A stretch of 64,000 nucleotides of DNA. Origin: an uncultured Chloroflexia bacterium. GTDB lineage: Bacteria; Chloroflexota; Limnocylindria; Limnocylindrales; CSP1-4. Shown in pieces: positions 60,187 to 64,000 of the stretch (position 1 is the stretch's first letter; every line of letters begins with the position of its first letter). Below the pieces are notes generated by a model. That model made no database searches and had not been told where the DNA came from. It saw nothing but the letters and a program-made list of their open reading frames with translations. The stretch is from NCBI GenBank assembly GCA_963712745.1, contig CAVQJC010000008.1, forward strand, positions 1 to 64,000. The letters are read 5' to 3'. The position numbers and the translations under genes were made by a program.

Positions 60187-61689
60187 CTACCCTGCAGCCC
60201 AGCCCCGAGCGCGCTCCACGCCGCGCCGCCAGCGCTCCACCAGCCGGTCGCGCTCGTGCACACCCATGCGCGGCTCGAAGCGGCGGTCGAGCTGCCAGGT
60301 CGCGGCGACCTCGTCGAGCGACGACCAGAAGCCGGTGGCCAGGCCGGCAAGGAAGGCGGCACCGAGCGCGCTGGTCTCGGTGACCCGGGGACGCTCGACG
60401 GGAACCTGCAGGATGTCCGCCTGGAACTGGAGCAGGGCATCGTTCACGGCCGCACCGCCGTCGACGCGCAGTGCGCCCACCCGGGACCCCGCGTCGAGCG
60501 CCATGGCCTCGAGCACCTCGGCTACCTGGTAGGCCATGGCATCGACCGTGGCCTGGGCGATCTCGGCGATGCCGCTGCCCAGCGTGAGTCCGCTGATCGT
60601 ACCGCGCGCGGTCGGATCCCAGTAGGGCGCGCCCAGGCCCACGAAAGCCGGCACCACCACCACGCCAGCCTCACGGTCGCCCTCCGCAGCCAGGCGCTCC
60701 ACATCGCCACTCGATTCGATGGCCCGCAATCCGTCGCGCAGCCACTGCACCGCGGCGCCGGCCACGAAGACCGAGCCCTCCAGCGCGTACGAAGTCTCGC
60801 CCTCGTCGCCCAGCTGCCACAGGATCGTCGAGAGCAGCCCGTGCTCCGAGGGGACCGGCGTGGTGCCGGTATTGAGCAGCGCGAACGCGCCGGTACCGAA
60901 GGTGTTCTTGGCCATGCCGGGTCGCAGACAGGCCTGTCCGAAGGTGGCCGCCATCTGGTCTCCACCGATGCCGCCGATGGGCAGCGACGCACCGAGCACC
61001 CCGGGGTCGGTCTCAGCCAGCTGCGCAGAGGAGGGACCCACTTCGGGCAGCATGGCCATGGGCACCCTCATGAGCTCACACAACCATGGATCCCAGCGCT
61101 GCGAGCCGATGTCGAAGAGCAGTGTGCGGCTGGCGTTGGAGACATCGGTGAGATGCACACGGCCGCCGGTGAGCCGCCAGACAAGGAAGCTGTCGACCGT
61201 CCCGAAGGCCAGCTCGCCAGCCTCGGCCCGGGCCCGCAGGCCCGGCTCGGAATCGAGGATGTGCGCGATCTTGGGGCCACTGAAGTACGCGTCCAGCGGC
61301 AACCCCGTGAGGGCACGCACCCGGGCCTCGTGTCCGGCCTCGCGGAGAGCGTCGCAGCGCTCGGCGGTGATGCGGCTCTGCCACACGATGGCCGGTGCCA
61401 CCGGCCGGCCCGTGGCCCGCTCCCAGACCACGGTCGTCTCACGCTGGTTGGTGATGCCCACCGCGGCGATGGCGGCGGGCCCGCCCGGCACGGCATCGAG
61501 CACCTCGTGGGCCGTGGCCAGCTGGCTCTGCCAGATGTCTTCGGGATCGTGCGTGACGTGGCCGGGGAAGGGATAGCTCTGCGGGTACTCCCGCTGCGCG
61601 ACCGCGACCGTGCCACCGTGACGGTCGAAGATGATGGCCCGGGACGAGGTGGTGCCCTGGTCAAGGGCGAGGACGTGGTCGGCGCTCAT
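60187..61689 (-). CDS. glpK: Glycerol kinase
   Basis: LDQGTTSSR, ITNQRETT, YFSGPK, TDVSNASRT, GLGAPYWD. Confidence 0.96.
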   Translation of the reverse strand: MSADHVLALDQGTTSSRAIIFDRHGGTVAVAQREYPQSYPFPGHVTHDPEDIWQSQLATAHEVLDAVPGGPAAIAAVGITNQRETTVVWERATGRPVAPAIVWQSRITAERCDALREAGHEARVRALTGLPLDAYFSGPKIAHILDSEPGLRARAEAGELAFGTVDSFLVWRLTGGRVHLTDVSNASRTLLFDIGSQRWDPWLCELMRVPMAMLPEVGPSSAQLAETDPGVLGASLPIGGIGGDQMAATFGQACLRPGMAKNTFGTGAFALLNTGTTPVPSEHGLLSTILWQLGDEGETSYALEGSVFVAGAAVQWLRDGLRAIESSGDVERLAAEGDREAGVVVVPAFVGLGAPYWDPTARGTISGLTLGSGIAEIAQATVDAMAYQVAEVLEAMALDAGSRVGALRVDGGAAVNDALLQFQADILQVPVERPRVTETSALGAAFLAGLATGFWSSLDEVAATWQLDRRFEPRMGVHERDRLVERWRRGVERARGWAAG

Positions 61690-63341
61690 GCTCCATCTCC
61701 GCTGGTGGGGGCCGCACCGATCGTGGGCACGTCGTACTCCCGCCGGACGCCCGCCAGATACTGCTCCACCTCCGCGGCCTGGCGCCCCGCGTCCCAGCCC
61801 AGCCGTGGGCCGATGATGGCGGCGACGCGGGGCGCCAGCGAGGCACCGCGGTCACGGCGGGACATCGACAGGCGCATGCGTCGCGAGAGCACGTCGTCGA
61901 GGTCCAGCGCCAGCTCTTGGTCGACAGCCCAGGCCACTTCGGCTTCCAGCTCGGTCCGGTCCTCGGCCAGCGGACGCAAGAGGTCGGCTTCGCGCCCCAG
62001 GTCGACGACCTCGCGCGCCCGCGTGCCATGCCGGTCGACCAGGGCCAGCGCTCGAGGGCCGTCCAGACCGGCTTCCTGCGCCAGCTCCAGGGCCAGCGAA
62101 TCGAGCTGCTCGCGGGGAGCCGCGCCGACGATGGGCAGGTCAGCGGTCCGGCTGCGTGGCGCGGCCGCCACCTCGTCGAGGGCCTGGTCGACCGCGTCGC
62201 GGGCCATCAGTCGATAGGTCGTGTACTTGCCACCGGACACTCGGACCAGCCCCGAGTCCTCGCGGTGGATGACGTGCTCCCGGCTGATCCGCGCGGTGTC
62301 GTCGCCGGGCGCGCCGACCAGCGGCCGCAGGCCGGTGAAGGCCCCGATCGCGTCGTCGCGCGTGAGGTCCGCGTCGAGGACGGCGTTGACGTTCTCGAGG
62401 ATCTCGTCGACCTCGTCCAGCGTGGGGGCCGGTCGGTCCGGCGCTCCGTCATCGGCAACGTCGGTGGTACCCACCAGCCACACCCCCGGATGCGGGATGA
62501 CGAAGACCACGCGGCCGGGGACCCGCAGGGTCAGACCGGTCTTGAGCGGCAGACGGTCGCGCGCGAAGAGCAGGTGCGTGCCGCGGCTGGGCACGAGCCT
62601 CACAGCGGACCCTCCCAGCCGGGTGCCCGGATGCCCGAGCCACACGCCGGTGGCGTCGATGACCGCGTCCGCGCGCGCCTCGAGCTCGTTCCCGCCCAGC
62701 CGGTCCTCCAGCCTGATTCCCACCACCCGGCCGGCGTCGTCGGTGAGCAAGTCGGTGACACGCGCACGGGTGACCGCCGTGGCCCCGTGCTCCAGCGCCG
62801 TCAAGGCCACGGCGATGGCATATCGAGCGTCATCCTCGACGCCGTCGCTGTAGGTCACTCCGCCACGCAGGCCCTCACGCCTGATGGGTGGGACCAGCTC
62901 GGCCACCGCCCCGGCACCGAGGTGGTGCGCGCGTCCTCCGTCGTGAGCCGCGCCAAGCAGGTCGTAGAGCGTCAGCCCTGCGCCTACGAACGCACGCCCG
63001 ACGAGCGGCCAGCCGTAGACGGGGAAGAGGAAGCGCTCGAGTCGCACCAGGTGCGGCGCCAGGCGCAACAGGCGGGAGCGCTCGGCGAGGGCTTCGCGCA
63101 CCAGGCCCAGGCGCAGGTCTTCGAGGTAGCGCAGCCCGCCGTGGATGAGTCGCGACGAACGCGACGAGGTGCCCACGGCCAGGTCGTCCTGCTCGACCAG
63201 CGCGGCCTTGAGACCACGCGAGGTGGCGTCGAGCAGTGCCCCCGCACCCACGATGCCGCCGCCGATGATGATCACGTCCCAATGCTCATCGGCGAGATGG
63301 GCCAGGGCGGTGTCCCTGGCGGCGAGCGTGCTGGTGGTCAC
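61686..63341 (-). CDS. glpD: FAD-dependent glycerol-3-phosphate dehydrogenase
   Basis: [32 protein letters not shown]. Confidence 0.95.
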   Translation of the reverse strand: MTTSTLAARDTALAHLADEHWDVIIIGGGIVGAGALLDATSRGLKAALVEQDDLAVGTSSRSSRLIHGGLRYLEDLRLGLVREALAERSRLLRLAPHLVRLERFLFPVYGWPLVGRAFVGAGLTLYDLLGAAHDGGRAHHLGAGAVAELVPPIRREGLRGGVTYSDGVEDDARYAIAVALTALEHGATAVTRARVTDLLTDDAGRVVGIRLEDRLGGNELEARADAVIDATGVWLGHPGTRLGGSAVRLVPSRGTHLLFARDRLPLKTGLTLRVPGRVVFVIPHPGVWLVGTTDVADDGAPDRPAPTLDEVDEILENVNAVLDADLTRDDAIGAFTGLRPLVGAPGDDTARISREHVIHREDSGLVRVSGGKYTTYRLMARDAVDQALDEVAAAPRSRTADLPIVGAAPREQLDSLALELAQEAGLDGPRALALVDRHGTRAREVVDLGREADLLRPLAEDRTELEAEVAWAVDQELALDLDDVLSRRMRLSMSRRDRGASLAPRVAAIIGPRLGWDAGRQAAEVEQYLAGVRREYDVPTIGAAPTSGDGA

Positions 63342-64000
63342 AGGTCCTCCTCGGTGGTAGCCCGGTGCCACGCCGCCCTCGGCCCCTCGTCCCCGGTGGC
63401 GGGCACGGCCGCGCGCAAGCGCTCGGCCGCCTCCTCGGCACTGATGTCGCGCTGCGGCTCGGACAGCAGTTCGTAGCCCACCATGAACTTGCGCTTGGTG
63501 GCCTCCAGCAGCGGCGGCATGAAGTGAGCATGCACCTGCCAGGGCTCGGTCGGGCTGCCGTCGAAGGGAGCCTGGTGCCAGCCCATCGAGAAGGGCATGG
63601 GCTGCGCGAAGAGGGCGTCGTAGCGCTGCAGCAGGCGCTGCATGGTGCGCGTCAGGCCGTCACGCTGGGCGTCATCGAGGTCGGCCAGACGTGCGGCCGG
63701 CCGCTTGGGCACGAGCATGGTCTCGAACGGCCACACGGCCCAGAAGGGCACGAGTGCCAGCCACTCCTCGTCCTCCTCCACGACGCGCGCGCTGCCGGTC
63801 TCCTGGGCCACCACATCCAGCAGCAGTCGTCGGCCGGTGGACTCGTGATGGCGCCGCTGCGAGGCGTCCTCACGGGCGCCTCGTTCGGGCAGCGCCGCGC
63901 CGGACCAGATCTGTCCATGGGGATGCGGATTGGAGGCGCCCATGGCCGCGCCACGGTTCTCGAAGATCTGCACCCAGCGCCAGTCGGCACCCAGGTCGGT
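63338..64000 (-). CDS. galT: Galactose-1-phosphate uridylyltransferase (5' part outside the window)
   Basis: [32 protein letters not shown]. Confidence 0.95.
   Translation of the reverse strand, partial: TDLGADWRWVQIFENRGAAMGASNPHPHGQIWSGAALPERGAREDASQRRHHESTGRRLLLDVVAQETGSARVVEEDEEWLALVPFWAVWPFETMLVPKRPAARLADLDDAQRDGLTRTMQRLLQRYDALFAQPMPFSMGWHQAPFDGSPTEPWQVHAHFMPPLLEATKRKFMVGYELLSEPQRDISAEEAAERLRAAVPATGDEGPRAAWHRATTEEDL

Noticed and set aside
54898-62217. Long antisense ORFs (e.g. 54898-56673, 58632-60440, 59917-62217; also 26560-28044 and 44660-46270)
   Set aside because: Shadow ORFs opposite well-supported genes, expected at this GC content

Overview
High-GC bacterial window. Gene content and the many apparently leaderless genes suggest Chloroflexota (Limnocylindria-like) or a similar Terrabacteria lineage; this is an inference. 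Bases 1 to about 21,100 are a mosaic accessory island built from a repeating unit of about 4-5 kb: secreted-protein gene(s), a conserved 28-bp GNRA hairpin, a mini-ORF, a structured leader, a terminase-small-subunit-like HTH gene, cargo, and an inverted 3' tail of a probable large serine recombinase carrying a tRNA-3'-end-like core (CCGTCCGGGGGCGCCA). The island holds three ECF sigma/anti-sigma pairs with different extracellular domains. An expanded secreted DPRLSG family has 7 members across the window. From 21 to 39 kb are GGT, a K+ channel, an unusual cupredoxin, and a partner-switching module (2 STAS, GAF-PP2C-HATPase, 2 catalytically empty membrane sensors that may supply half a GAF domain in trans). 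This module is divergent from a SARP/BTAD-STAND regulator whose candidate binding sites are visible at four promoters. From 39 to 64 kb the content is mostly housekeeping or metabolic (LLM, AEC transporter, Pat-like acetyltransferase, TldD/PmbA cluster, glpK/glpD/galT), with a repeat-rich palindromic spacer at 43.5-44.0 kb. No complete tRNA, rRNA, CRISPR array, intact integrase or transposase was recognised. All family assignments come from motif recognition by eye, not from database searches.
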